Below the pieces are notes generated by a model. That model was not told the DNA's origin. It did not search any database and saw nothing but the letters and a program-made list of their open reading frames with translations. The translations under genes were made by a program, and so were the position numbers. Shown here piece after piece: positions 1 to 10,848 of a stretch of 64,000 nt of DNA. Origin of the DNA: an uncultured virus (IMG/VR IMGVR_UViG_3300000304_000038) (taxonomy: Duplodnaviria; Heunggongvirae; Uroviricota; Caudoviricetes); the IMG/VR virus record IMGVR_UViG_3300000304_000038; one strand, 5' to 3'. Positions within the stretch are counted from its first letter, which is position 1; the number at the start of each line of letters is the position of its first letter.

Positions 1-1
1 T

Positions 2-3000
2 GAACAAATCAATGATTTGCTTATTGATTCTATTATTCAACAAGTCAATAATTCTTCTTTGACCGAAGAACAACAAGCCGAATTACTTTCTAATATAGAT
101 TGGACAGACCCAATAGAAAATATTCTTGGTAATGTTGCTAAGAGTATTGAAACTGGTTCTGTAGATTATATTTCTGCTTCTAATGTTGAGGACGATAGTA
201 GCGAACGTCAAGCCACTCTTACCGAATTCGATATTAGTGATGAAACTTTTGATTCGTATAGAGAGTTAGTAGAAACGGAATCTGCTTTAGCTGAAACTAA
301 TCAGGAAGTTACTGATAGTATAGAAAAAGCTAAACAAGAGTTTGGAGAGAATTCTGAAGAAGTCAAAAATCTACAAAAAGGATATGAAGATATTGATGAT
401 ATTAGTGATGATTTAGCTACCGATTTGATTAGAACTCAAAAAGGTGTGGATAAATTATCTGAATCTTTTGAAGAAAATTATGATATATTGAGTAGAGGAG
501 ATAAAACATCTCTTGAATACGCAGAAGCATTAGCAGAGACTAAAGATGCTTTAGCGGATGTCCTCAACGTCTCGTCTGAAGATATTTCTAATGATTTTAT
601 CGCAAATCATCTTGAGGATATCCAATCTTTGGTCAATGGAGATGTCGAGGCTCTTGATAGATTGCGAATTGCGGCTGGGCAAGAATATGTCCTTGAACTA
701 AATCAAACGGGGAATCTTAGTGACGAAAATCTAAATTATTTACAGCAAAAGATAACAGAAATTGGTGGTATGCAGATAGAAGTCGGGGCTAGTATCAACG
801 ACCAAGCTTTTGTTGATTCTCTCAATAATATGTTACTCAATGGAGAACTTACTAAAGACCAAGTAAATACTATGCTCAATATGATTGGTGTTGAGCCTAA
901 TTTTACTACGGTACCGCATGAAACTACTTTGTTCTCTACAGAGGGAATGTCTATTAGTGGAGATATCTTTGGTATTCCTTATGATATTGATTTACCATCT
1001 TTTACTATCACTGGTATGGTTGATGTTCCGCAAATCACTCCTGCTGAAGGTAGCGGTGGAACAGGTTTATATAAAAAAGCTACCAGCTATAACGGTGGGA
1101 GAGGCTTTTCTGCGCCTAAATCCAGTGGAGGCGGCGGCGGAGGCGGCGGTCGAAAAGGCGGCGGTGGCGGCGGAGGAGGTTCTGGTTCTGGCAAGTCTTA
1201 TGAGCCAAAGACCAAAGACCCCGTAGAAGACGAGCTTGACCGTTATGAGAGAGTTGATACAGAACTCGATGCTCTTGGAAATGATTTTGAAAAGATTGCA
1301 GATGAACAAGACAGACTTCTAGGAGACGATTTAGCCAAGAATATGACTAAGCAAATCGAACTTCTCAAAGAACAAATCTATTGGCAGCAACAGAAGCTTG
1401 AAATCCAAAAAGACGAGGCTGCGGAATACCGCAATCAGTTATCCTCTCAGTATGGTGTGACTTTCAACGACGAAGGCTTCATTACGAACTATGCTGATAG
1501 ATATAAAGCTTATCTCAATAATCTCAACAATCTTATCAATCAGTACAACTCAACAACTACTGAGGCCGGACAAGAGGCTCTCGATAAGCAAATCGAAGAT
1601 GCACAAGAGGCGTTTGATAAGTTCAATGAGTTGATTGATAACTACGATGATTTGATTTCCAACCAAATCAAAGATTCTGAGGCTCAAATCGAGTCTTTCT
1701 ACGACCAGATAGAAGACCTCCAGATTGAGGCTTTCAATAGAGTTGTTGAGACTGTAGATAATATCAAGGAAATCCAAGAGACTCTTGTGGACTTCAACGC
1801 GGTTTTTTCCGGCTTGGACTCCGATTCTCCGTTCAGAGAGATGGCTACTAGCCTAGAGAAGCTGAAGAAATACTGGGATGTTGGCAAAGAATCTATGGAA
1901 GATTACTATGACTCTCTTATCGCCAAGAATAACGAAGCTCTGAAGAGAACCGATTTGTCGGAAGCACAGAGAAACTGGCTACAGTATCAGAACGAAGTGC
2001 TCCAAGAGGGTAAGGCCGCATACGGTCAAGGAACTCTTGAGGCTGGCGGCACCGGATATCTTGACATGGAACTATCTAATCTCAATACTATTATAGGCCA
2101 AATCGCTCAATTTGAACAGCAGGGATTTGCCTCCATCTTTGGAGAGAATGAGTCTGCACTCTTTGAGACAGCTAAGGAAATCTTTGATTCTGCCACAAGC
2201 ATGATAGAAGACTATGAGGGCGAAGTAGATAATCTTCGAGATGCCATCCTTGATGCCATTGACGAAATTGGCGAGCGTATTGATGATAGATTAGAGCAAT
2301 ATCAGAACATCAATGACGAGCTAGAGCATTATGGTTCTTTGATAGAGATGCTTCATGGTGAGAATGCCTATGATGAACTCAACCAAGCTCTGTCCGCACA
2401 GGTAAACAATAACCAATCACAGATTCTAGTCATCAAAGAGTCCATAGAGATTCTAAAAGATATGCAATCTGCGATGGAAGAAGGTTCAGAAGAGTGGAAG
2501 GCGGTTCAGGAGCAAATCAATGACAAGCAATCCGAACTTCTCGATAAGACAGAAGAGACAATGGAACAGCTGGTTGAGATTTACCAGAACGGAGTGAACA
2601 AGGCTCTTGATGCTTGGACCGCTGATTCGCCTCTTGGAAGTGACCTTGATTGGGTAAGCGATGAATGGGAGCTTATCAACCGCAATGCCGATTACTATCT
2701 TGATGATGTAAATGCGGCTTATAATATTCAAAAGCTACAGGGCAAGTACCTTGAACTCTTAGACGGTACGGATGATTTGCTCATTCAGCAGCAAATCACG
2801 AATCAGATGAATCAACAGTTGCAGTATCTCCGTGAGAAGAACAATCTCTCTCAGTATGACGTTGATTACGCAAATGCACAGCTTGAGATTCTACAACGCA
2901 CCATTGCGCTCCAAGAGGCACAGAGGAACAAATCTCAACTTCAATTGCGGCGAGATACGCAGGGTAACTACAACTACGTATATACCGCAAACGAAGGGGA

Positions 3001-4465
3001 TATAGCTAGTGCTCAGGGTGACTTGCTAGACGCTCAGAACAATGCCTATAACCTCTCCAAGGACCAAATCAAACAGACGCAAGATGATTCCCTGTCTGCG
3101 CTTCAAGATGCTAAGAATATGCTCAATGACATTTGGACTGATGCAAATCTGACTCTTGAGGAAAAGACTAAGAGAACTCAGACAATCATTGATTCTTTGA
3201 AGGAGTATCTTGCTGGCACAGGTGAGCAATTATCCACGGCGGAGACAAACATTATAAACGACTTCATTGGTATGTGCGAGCTTCTTACAGACGAGAATCG
3301 CACCAACCTCGAAGATGTCTATAATGAGATTCTACAAGGCAATAATGATGCCTTCGACCAGATTGATACTCGATGGTCTACATCTCTCACTCAATGGCTA
3401 CAGAATCTAACTGACTTCAATGACAAGACAGACGAGACTTTCGATAATCTCCTAAGCAACTATGAGTCTTATCAAGAGTCTCTAGACGAACTCTCTGAGG
3501 CTGCTGGTACCAATTTTGATGATTTGACTTCTCATATCAACAACGCCAATGATGCAACTGCGGCTTTGAATCAGACTTCTCAAGACTTTATGGCTACGAT
3601 TCGTGATGATGCGGGCGTAATCAAGAGCTATGAGAATCAGCTTGCGGAAATGACCGCTAAGATTCAAGATGCCGATAATGCCATGAAGGCATATCAAGAG
3701 CAAGTAAATGAATTGGCAGGAAAGCTTACGGCCAAAGAACAAGAGAATGCAAATCTTTCCAACAGAGTCCAAGAGCTAGAGCAGACAATCAAAAACTATG
3801 AGCAATACGGCAATCCTAATGGGGCCGGTGGTTCTGGTGGCGGCTCTGGTGGGGCCAAGGGTGATTCTGCAACGGCTTGGGGTATTGCTCAGGCGATTTG
3901 GACCTATGGTTCCCGCTCTGGCTGGGGTAATGACCCGATTCGTTCCAGCAAGCTTACCAATGCTTTTGGTAGCGCATTTGCAAGGCAAGTTCAGCAAATC
4001 ATCAACCAAAACACCCGCAACGGCAAGCTTGTGAACTATGACTCTATGAAGTATTCCTCTTATAATCTTATTGGTTATGACACCGGTGGTTATACTGGAA
4101 ACTTCAATGACCCGAGTGGCGCGGGTAGACTTGCAATTCTTCACTCCAAGGAACTTGTTCTCAATGAGAGTGATACGAAGAATATTCTTCAGGCTGTCGA
4201 AGCTGTTAGAAACCTAACCACTAGTTTCCGCAACGGAGCATTTGAGAATGCGGTTGAGGCTCTGTCCAATTACGGTGGTGAGATGCTAATGTCTAGCGTC
4301 GAACCGCAAGACCTTGAACAGAACGTACATATCGAAGCCAACTTTCCGAATGTCGTTGGTGCGGAGGAGATTGAGCGTGCTCTTCTCAATCTTAGTAACA
4401 CTGCTATGCAATACGCCAATCGAAACGGGCGTAATCCGGTAAATTCAAATGGTAGTTTTTCATAG
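2..4465 (+). CDS. Tail tape measure protein, C-terminal part (frame open to the window start)
   Basis: Over 1480 aa, acidic coiled-coil-like sequence with a Gly-rich linker. C-terminal 'GYDTGGYTG...LAILHSKELVLN' is typical of phage tape measures. First gene of the tail module. Confidence 0.85.
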   Translation, partial: EQINDLLIDSIIQQVNNSSLTEEQQAELLSNIDWTDPIENILGNVAKSIETGSVDYISASNVEDDSSERQATLTEFDISDETFDSYRELVETESALAETNQEVTDSIEKAKQEFGENSEEVKNLQKGYEDIDDISDDLATDLIRTQKGVDKLSESFEENYDILSRGDKTSLEYAEALAETKDALADVLNVSSEDISNDFIANHLEDIQSLVNGDVEALDRLRIAAGQEYVLELNQTGNLSDENLNYLQQKITEIGGMQIEVGASINDQAFVDSLNNMLLNGELTKDQVNTMLNMIGVEPNFTTVPHETTLFSTEGMSISGDIFGIPYDIDLPSFTITGMVDVPQITPAEGSGGTGLYKKATSYNGGRGFSAPKSSGGGGGGGGRKGGGGGGGGSGSGKSYEPKTKDPVEDELDRYERVDTELDALGNDFEKIADEQDRLLGDDLAKNMTKQIELLKEQIYWQQQKLEIQKDEAAEYRNQLSSQYGVTFNDEGFITNYADRYKAYLNNLNNLINQYNSTTTEAGQEALDKQIEDAQEAFDKFNELIDNYDDLISNQIKDSEAQIESFYDQIEDLQIEAFNRVVETVDNIKEIQETLVDFNAVFSGLDSDSPFREMATSLEKLKKYWDVGKESMEDYYDSLIAKNNEALKRTDLSEAQRNWLQYQNEVLQEGKAAYGQGTLEAGGTGYLDMELSNLNTIIGQIAQFEQQGFASIFGENESALFETAKEIFDSATSMIEDYEGEVDNLRDAILDAIDEIGERIDDRLEQYQNINDELEHYGSLIEMLHGENAYDELNQALSAQVNNNQSQILVIKESIEILKDMQSAMEEGSEEWKAVQEQINDKQSELLDKTEETMEQLVEIYQNGVNKALDAWTADSPLGSDLDWVSDEWELINRNADYYLDDVNAAYNIQKLQGKYLELLDGTDDLLIQQQITNQMNQQLQYLREKNNLSQYDVDYANAQLEILQRTIALQEAQRNKSQLQLRRDTQGNYNYVYTANEGDIASAQGDLLDAQNNAYNLSKDQIKQTQDDSLSALQDAKNMLNDIWTDANLTLEEKTKRTQTIIDSLKEYLAGTGEQLSTAETNIINDFIGMCELLTDENRTNLEDVYNEILQGNNDAFDQIDTRWSTSLTQWLQNLTDFNDKTDETFDNLLSNYESYQESLDELSEAAGTNFDDLTSHINNANDATAALNQTSQDFMATIRDDAGVIKSYENQLAEMTAKIQDADNAMKAYQEQVNELAGKLTAKEQENANLSNRVQELEQTIKNYEQYGNPNGAGGSGGGSGGAKGDSATAWGIAQAIWTYGSRSGWGNDPIRSSKLTNAFGSAFARQVQQIINQNTRNGKLVNYDSMKYSSYNLIGYDTGGYTGNFNDPSGAGRLAILHSKELVLNESDTKNILQAVEAVRNLTTSFRNGAFENAVEALSNYGGEMLMSSVEPQDLEQNVHIEANFPNVVGAEEIERALLNLSNTAMQYANRNGRNPVNSNGSFS

Positions 4466-4492
4466 TAGAAAGAGAGCAAATGAGTAAAAATG

Positions 4493-4532
4493 AGGGGGTA
4501 GGAAGCCTTATGTGCTTTCTGCCCCCTTTTTT
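4493..4532 (+). terminator. Rho-independent terminator-like hairpin
   Basis: AGGGGGTAGGAAGC / GCTTTCTGCCCCCT stem followed by a T-run. Confidence 0.7.
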
Positions 4533-4557
4533 ATTTAGAGAGAAAAGGAGTTGAGTA

Positions 4558-7500
4558 ATGGCTAATCAGAGCGAACTAGAGAAGTCTCTTCTTGAGGCTA
4601 TTGGATATCTAGTGGACAATCGCGTGCAAAATGTAGATAGAGATAAGACCATTACTGCTACAATTGTATCTTGCGATAATGCTCTAGAGGGAAAATATAA
4701 GATACAATACAACGATGGAATTCTAACGGCTTATGCGCAAGACGGAGCAAGTTATAATACAAACCAAACCGTATATGTGCTCGTTCCGTTGGGGGATTTC
4801 AGCAAGACTAAGACAATTATAGGCAAGACGTCAAACGTAAGTGACGATAACAATCTTACTTTCGTAAGTTCTATGCTAAACAGCTACAATATGATAGGCC
4901 GCAATGTTATCATAGATGATGATAATAGTACGCCTATTGGTTTGAATACATATTATAAAGATGATTATGTTTTGCTTTATGACAGAGACTATCCAGAAGA
5001 GAGTCTGTTACAGGTAAACCAAGACGAATTTCTAAGCTATATAAAAAATGCCAATGCACTTCTCGTAGAGGGAACTTTTCAGACACGACTTCCGAGGGCA
5101 CATAGGCTTTCCAAGACTGGCATATATGGCATTCAGTTTGTTCTTGCGTTCAAAGACCAAGACAATCCAGAAGAGATAAAGCATCTGTCTTATGTTCTTG
5201 ATACGAACAATATGACAGGTAATCCACTTCTTTATACTCAATATACTAACCAATATGCTATCTATCCAATAGATACAGAGAATTTTCTCTACATAGAAAG
5301 TATCCTTGCCTACTCCAATGATTTCGTTACGGAAGACGATACATCCAACGCGACTCTTTGGGGCGACGATATATTCATAAAGGAATTCGAGATATATGGT
5401 CTGCAAGAGATATCCTCTACGAACGGAGACTATACTTTGCGGCTGTCCACGCCGCAAGGAGCTTTGTTTAGTAGTTTGCGGCCAGAGGAGACTTTGGACG
5501 TAGTTGCATCCACTCTATATCAAATCAATACCGATTTGTCTGATTCTTCTTCTTACTATTGGTTTGTGAAGGATGATAGAATCAATGCCACTTCCGAAGA
5601 GTATCAGATGTACGGTGGGGCCGGATGGCGCTTTATGAAGGATATGGGATACAACAAGTCCATAACTCTCAAAGCGTCAGATAACAGAGCGTATGAGAAC
5701 GTATACATGGTGGTGTCTGTTTATAAGGAAAGCGTAATCCTGAAGCAGACTTTTACCATCTATAACGAGGCCGCAAGAAGAGACATCGAGATAGAATCTG
5801 ACCTTGGACTGAAGTTTTCTTTTGACAGAGGCACTCCAACGTTGACTTGTTTGGTCAATGGCCGCAAAGAGAACTTTGATGACAACCATGACGATGCCCT
5901 ATTCTCCTTCTCTTGGAGTAAGATAGATGAAAGTGGCATCACCGTGTCTTTTTCCCAAACATATACGGAGCTAGAGGAACAATATAATCAGGCAATTAGT
6001 GATGGGCTTGGATATTCTCAGATTGTCGCAATCAAGAATCAAATGCTCGCTATGCAAGGGGTCGAGTTTGATAGAAATGTTTTGAAGTATCCAATCAAAC
6101 AGATTGATTCCAAGGCAACTTTCTCGTGTTCTGTCTATCTGCGAGAGACGCCAGATGCCGCAGAGTATTTTGTGGGTTCGGCTGAGATAACACTACAAAA
6201 CGAGAATGCGGCTGACCCTAATGACTATTACATTCTAATTGAAAACGGAGACCAAGTATTTCAGTATAGCGAGTCTGGTGTAAGTCCCGCGAGTGAGAGA
6301 TATACTGACCCATTAGAGATAAAGCCACTCGAATGTCACTTCTATGACCCAGCGGGACTAGAGGTAAATCCTGAGACATATTCAGTCAAATGGAAAGTCC
6401 CTACGACTAGCACTCTTATTGTGACTCCTGCGGAGGGGATGAACACAAATCCCGCAAATGACAAGCTAGAATGGTATACGCAAGCAACGTATCCAACGGC
6501 TATTGCGAACTCTTATGATTATCAGGCTTTGAACAATCAGGTTACTTGTATCGTGACCTATGATGGTCAAGACTATATGCAAGATACCAATTTCCTATTT
6601 GTGAAGGTAGGAGACAACGGTACCAACGGTACCGACATGGTAGGTAAGGTAAGTGCTATCACCGAGCCAAAAGAAGGCAGACTTGCTCTTGTAATCAGAG
6701 ACAATGATATTCCAAGGTGGAATACCGGAGAGTCTGCGGCGAATGCTGGGTTGAAGTTCGAACTATATCAAAGAAATGAACTAATCAATCTAGAGAATAC
6801 TTATTGGACTATCTCTGGCGGTAATTCCAAGTTCATAGATATTGACATGTCCACAGGAATCATTAGTTGGGAGCCGCAAACTAGTTCCAATCTTCTTACC
6901 AATTTGATTGTGCGGGCACAGACAACTTTTGAGAGTCAAGACTATTATGCCTTCTATCCTGTGCCAGTTATAAACTACAAGAATAGCGATAGCTATGAGA
7001 TTGTTCTAGACAAGACCAAGACTCTAAAAGATATTTTATATAATGCGGATGGCCGCAACCCCCTATACAACAAGAATCAAGGAATCTTCTTTACTCTAAA
7101 GAGCGATTCTGAGCTGACAAGATATATCACGATTTCTTGTGAGGGTGGAACGACCGATGGTGAACCAACCGCTGCATTCTTTGTATCTTCCGATAGAGAC
7201 GATGATACCAACGAAGATATCTCTACTTACTCTATTGGAGAAGAGGTCAGGACAAATGAGGAGATAGGGTTCTTTGTTCATCCTGACGATATCTATGATG
7301 GTTCTTTTACTAATAACAGAGTCCACGTAAAGATTTATATGTCTAGGTCGGCGGCTCAGAACAGTGGCAACACTGAGGCAGAATTTTACGTTCCTATTTA
7401 TATGTCTCTCAATACCTTTGGTCTTGCTTCCCTGAATGCTTGGGATGGCAACCATATTGAGATAAACGAAGATGGTAACTATATCGTAGCACCGCAGATA

Positions 7501-9621
7501 GGTGCTGGTGTGAAGGACGAGAATAATCGCTTCACGGGTATCGTCATGGGTACAGCAAAGACATATGACCAAGACGAAGCTTCAGTTGGTCTCTTGGGAT
7601 ATTCTAAGGGAAAACAATCTATCTGGTTAGACGCTGATACTGGTAATGCAATATTCGGTCTACCAGAGGAGCAAGCAAGCACAAATAATGCATACACCGA
7701 AGGACGAATAGAACTTATTCCCGGAGGGCAATCCAAGATAGGAATGTGGAACATCGGTTCACGTGCTATGTATAATATGACTAGACCTCCACAACCTATT
7801 GGTAAAGACGAAGAGGGCAATATCGTATTCGAAGATGACTATGTTGGAGTAGAACCAGATGGTCCATATAAAGACTATCCTGTGCCTGATGCTCAAATTT
7901 CGGTTCCACCGAAAGCACAGGGCCTTATTCTGAATGCAAATCCAGCATATATCTCTGTAAAGGGTATGCCTTTGGATGACACTAACTCTAATATTGAATG
8001 GGATGGCGCAAATACTACCATTCGACAAGGAGATAGTATTGAAGTGGAACTTGACCCGCGCAAGAGTTCAGTATTCTCAATTTATCGTCATACCACTTGG
8101 GATGGTGATGTAAATACTGGTAATTGGCGCAGGTATCCGATGGTTGGTATCAATGCTAATGGTCAGTTCTATACGAATGCAATTGAAGATGGTGAATCTT
8201 CGATGGGCATTGGTAAGATTGGTGCATTTGGTTCTTCTGCAGCAGATGATAAGTATGTTGGTGCTCAGTTCGCTTATCAGGGAGCAAATATCTTCAAATT
8301 CTTCTTGGACCAAAACGATACGAATGTTAGCACAAGACCACTTTATCTTTCTACGGGTACAACAATATCTAACGAATATGCTAGACCGTTCAATATCTAT
8401 GGTAAGACAGTCAATCTCTACGCGAGTAATGGTAATTCGACCTCTAAAACCTCTCCAACTGGATTGACTATTGCTACGTCAAACGTCAAGCTTTTTACGA
8501 GCAATTCTAGTGTCTCTATGCCGAACCAGAATACTGGTACTATGAGCATAGACACGGATGCAAATCTAAGCATCACAAATGACGATAGCCGCAACGTCAA
8601 TCTGTCTTTTGGAACGACTACTTTGCGGCTTGCTAGAACTCTGTCGGCTACGATAAATCCTCTAGGAAGTCGTACACAAACTGCAATAAACGCCAATGTT
8701 TTGGGTAGAATAAATATTAGTGGGCTTAGCAATTTAGCTATTGCCAGTGACAGTGGCTCTGGCTCTTGGAGAATGAACATCTCCAATTCTGCTTCTACCA
8801 CCGGAGTTGACAATTCTACCGCCGTAACCAATAGCCAAATATTATTGGGCAACAGCATTGCAAAGCTAGAGTTGAACAATGCTACTGTCACTAGACTGCA
8901 ATCTAGCAGAGGTATCAACCTTGTTTCTTCTGGAGGCAATGGTATTCACGTAAGCTCTGACCAAGGGTCTATCAATTTAGATGCGACATGGAAAAGTACC
9001 GGCGGTGCGTCCGCATATTTGCATCTGACTCCCGCAAGTGACGGATACAGTAGCTTCTATCTGAACAGTGGCTATGGTTCTATTCGTTCTGTTGGTAGTG
9101 CCCAAGGATTTAGTAGAAATGGTGTTCAGATTACTGATGGTGTATTTACTCCTTGGGGCCAGTTCACAGGAACTATCTCTGGCAGTAATAACACCATTAT
9201 TGCTCAGAGAGATATTAGAAGTTCTAATGGTTGGCTTTATGGCGGAAACTTCTCGTTCAATACGAGCAAGAGTTGGAACGCTCATGGCGGTACTTATAAT
9301 AGTGCAAGTCTAGAACAACATTTAGCAAATCTTTATAGTTTGGTGAATGGTGCTTACAATAGAGCAGATGCGGCTTACAACAGGGCACAGAGTTATTATG
9401 ATTCTCATATTGGTGGCTCTCTGAGTGGATATGCGACTCGTTCTTGGGTCGATTCCAACTACGTCAGTGGCCGCAGTAGTGACTTCGTTAGAGCCTCCAC
9501 TTATAATAACCACACTCACTCGTTGGCTTATACTCGTAGCCAAATCGATGGCAAAGAGGTAGTTACGTCTATTAGCTCGTCTAGTGGTAATGTCCATATT
9601 TACACTGGCGGTCCGGCTTAG
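4558..9621 (+). CDS. Large tail/baseplate protein (central spike or host-specificity-like)
   Basis: 1687 aa, AAAGGAG RBS, follows the tape measure; beta-rich body and S/T/N/G-rich C-terminus. Confidence 0.7.
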   Translation: MANQSELEKSLLEAIGYLVDNRVQNVDRDKTITATIVSCDNALEGKYKIQYNDGILTAYAQDGASYNTNQTVYVLVPLGDFSKTKTIIGKTSNVSDDNNLTFVSSMLNSYNMIGRNVIIDDDNSTPIGLNTYYKDDYVLLYDRDYPEESLLQVNQDEFLSYIKNANALLVEGTFQTRLPRAHRLSKTGIYGIQFVLAFKDQDNPEEIKHLSYVLDTNNMTGNPLLYTQYTNQYAIYPIDTENFLYIESILAYSNDFVTEDDTSNATLWGDDIFIKEFEIYGLQEISSTNGDYTLRLSTPQGALFSSLRPEETLDVVASTLYQINTDLSDSSSYYWFVKDDRINATSEEYQMYGGAGWRFMKDMGYNKSITLKASDNRAYENVYMVVSVYKESVILKQTFTIYNEAARRDIEIESDLGLKFSFDRGTPTLTCLVNGRKENFDDNHDDALFSFSWSKIDESGITVSFSQTYTELEEQYNQAISDGLGYSQIVAIKNQMLAMQGVEFDRNVLKYPIKQIDSKATFSCSVYLRETPDAAEYFVGSAEITLQNENAADPNDYYILIENGDQVFQYSESGVSPASERYTDPLEIKPLECHFYDPAGLEVNPETYSVKWKVPTTSTLIVTPAEGMNTNPANDKLEWYTQATYPTAIANSYDYQALNNQVTCIVTYDGQDYMQDTNFLFVKVGDNGTNGTDMVGKVSAITEPKEGRLALVIRDNDIPRWNTGESAANAGLKFELYQRNELINLENTYWTISGGNSKFIDIDMSTGIISWEPQTSSNLLTNLIVRAQTTFESQDYYAFYPVPVINYKNSDSYEIVLDKTKTLKDILYNADGRNPLYNKNQGIFFTLKSDSELTRYITISCEGGTTDGEPTAAFFVSSDRDDDTNEDISTYSIGEEVRTNEEIGFFVHPDDIYDGSFTNNRVHVKIYMSRSAAQNSGNTEAEFYVPIYMSLNTFGLASLNAWDGNHIEINEDGNYIVAPQIGAGVKDENNRFTGIVMGTAKTYDQDEASVGLLGYSKGKQSIWLDADTGNAIFGLPEEQASTNNAYTEGRIELIPGGQSKIGMWNIGSRAMYNMTRPPQPIGKDEEGNIVFEDDYVGVEPDGPYKDYPVPDAQISVPPKAQGLILNANPAYISVKGMPLDDTNSNIEWDGANTTIRQGDSIEVELDPRKSSVFSIYRHTTWDGDVNTGNWRRYPMVGINANGQFYTNAIEDGESSMGIGKIGAFGSSAADDKYVGAQFAYQGANIFKFFLDQNDTNVSTRPLYLSTGTTISNEYARPFNIYGKTVNLYASNGNSTSKTSPTGLTIATSNVKLFTSNSSVSMPNQNTGTMSIDTDANLSITNDDSRNVNLSFGTTTLRLARTLSATINPLGSRTQTAINANVLGRINISGLSNLAIASDSGSGSWRMNISNSASTTGVDNSTAVTNSQILLGNSIAKLELNNATVTRLQSSRGINLVSSGGNGIHVSSDQGSINLDATWKSTGGASAYLHLTPASDGYSSFYLNSGYGSIRSVGSAQGFSRNGVQITDGVFTPWGQFTGTISGSNNTIIAQRDIRSSNGWLYGGNFSFNTSKSWNAHGGTYNSASLEQHLANLYSLVNGAYNRADAAYNRAQSYYDSHIGGSLSGYATRSWVDSNYVSGRSSDFVRASTYNNHTHSLAYTRSQIDGKEVVTSISSSSGNVHIYTGGPA

Positions 9622-9650
9622 TGGACTATTAGAGATAAAAGGAGACAAAT

Positions 9651-9869
9651 ATGACAAACGAACAGAAGAGAATTGAAGTATACAGCGCAATCGACCAGTA
9701 TCTAGGAAGCTTTATGGTACAAAATCAAGTACCAGCTTCCATGATGGAAGATGCTTTGAACAAATGTATGCTAAATCTCAAGGACAGAGTTGTTCAAGAG
9801 TTTATCGAAGCTGCTGTCCAAGAGAGTGCAATGTTGACTCAAATGACAGCAGAGGAGGACAATGGCTAG
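9651..9869 (+). CDS. Hypothetical protein (possible tail chaperone)
   Basis: 72 aa, AAAGGAG RBS, overlaps the next gene. Confidence 0.7.
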   Translation: MTNEQKRIEVYSAIDQYLGSFMVQNQVPASMMEDALNKCMLNLKDRVVQEFIEAAVQESAMLTQMTAEEDNG

Positions 9870-10131
9870 TAAAGAGACTATGCCACTTGTCCGCAAAGTA
9901 GCGGTAAAGCAACAAGATGGTAGCCTCGGTAGTGACAATACTATCGGGGCTACCTTCGCCGACGTTATTGACGCGGACAGAAGTGGTGCTACTGGTTATT
10001 CTCTTGACCAGTTCTTTGATTCTTATATGAAGTTTATGAATGAATTCGACTTTACTTATGTTGGAGACATTGAGCCTACCAACAGACATATCAAAATTTG
10101 GGTTGATACCGGACACACTAACCAAGAATAG
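9862..10131 (+). CDS. Small tail-associated protein
   Basis: 89 aa, GGAGGA RBS; ends 'YVGDIEPTNRHIKIWVDT', a fibre-type motif. Confidence 0.65.
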   Translation: MASKETMPLVRKVAVKQQDGSLGSDNTIGATFADVIDADRSGATGYSLDQFFDSYMKFMNEFDFTYVGDIEPTNRHIKIWVDTGHTNQE

Positions 10132-10146
10132 ACGGGAGGCGTAGTA

Positions 10147-10848
10147 ATGTCAAATAAAGAGTATACTGTCTATATGCATATCAACAAAATCAATCAAAAA
10201 AAATATATTGGCATTACTAGCCAACCAGTCAATCGAAGATGGAGAAGTAGAGGACAAGGATATAAACAATGCACTCTTTTTTATAGAGCTATACAAAAAT
10301 ACGGCTGGGATGAATTTGAACATATTATTTTATATACTGATTTATCTGAAGATGAAGCAAAGAAAAAAGAGAGAGAATTGATAAGTAAATATCATAGTAA
10401 TGAGAAAGCTTATGGCTATAATCTTACAGATGGCGGAGAGATGTCTCATTATAACGAAGAAGCTAGACGCCGCATTAGTGAAGGAGTTCGAAGAAATCCT
10501 CCGCGTAGAGATCACGAGGTATTATCTCGTGGGCGTAAAATATTCTGGGAAAATGCATCCGAGGAATATAAAAAACAATGGAGAGAAAAAATAAAAAAAC
10601 AAGCACAAAACCCTATAATATTACAGGCGAGACGTGCTTATATGTCTTCTGATAAAAATCCTAGGCTCCAACCAGTAAAATGTATAGAGACAGGCGTCTG
10701 CTATCGATCTAATAAGGAGGCCGCAGAAGCGATGCACGGACATTCTTCAACTTTTTACAAAATTTGGTCTGGACATCAAAAAACCGCTTGGGGGTATCAT
10801 TGGGAAAAAATAACTTTGGAGGAATATTATGAGTATAAATCAAATTAG
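10147..10848 (+). CDS. Free-standing GIY-YIG homing endonuclease
   Basis: 'VYMH..KINQKKYIGIT...RW...E..LI..Y..N...GYN...GG' motif, basic C-terminal DNA-binding region, AT-richer than its neighbours. Confidence 0.85.
   Translation: MSNKEYTVYMHINKINQKKYIGITSQPVNRRWRSRGQGYKQCTLFYRAIQKYGWDEFEHIILYTDLSEDEAKKKERELISKYHSNEKAYGYNLTDGGEMSHYNEEARRRISEGVRRNPPRRDHEVLSRGRKIFWENASEEYKKQWREKIKKQAQNPIILQARRAYMSSDKNPRLQPVKCIETGVCYRSNKEAAEAMHGHSSTFYKIWSGHQKTAWGYHWEKITLEEYYEYKSN

Noticed and set aside
1127..1192. GGCGGC repeat as a VNTR or regulatory repeat
   Set aside because: It simply encodes the Gly-rich linker of the tape measure.
10147..10848. Group I intron around the tail-region GIY-YIG gene
   Set aside because: Both flanking genes look complete with their own RBS and stop, and there is no room for a ribozyme core.
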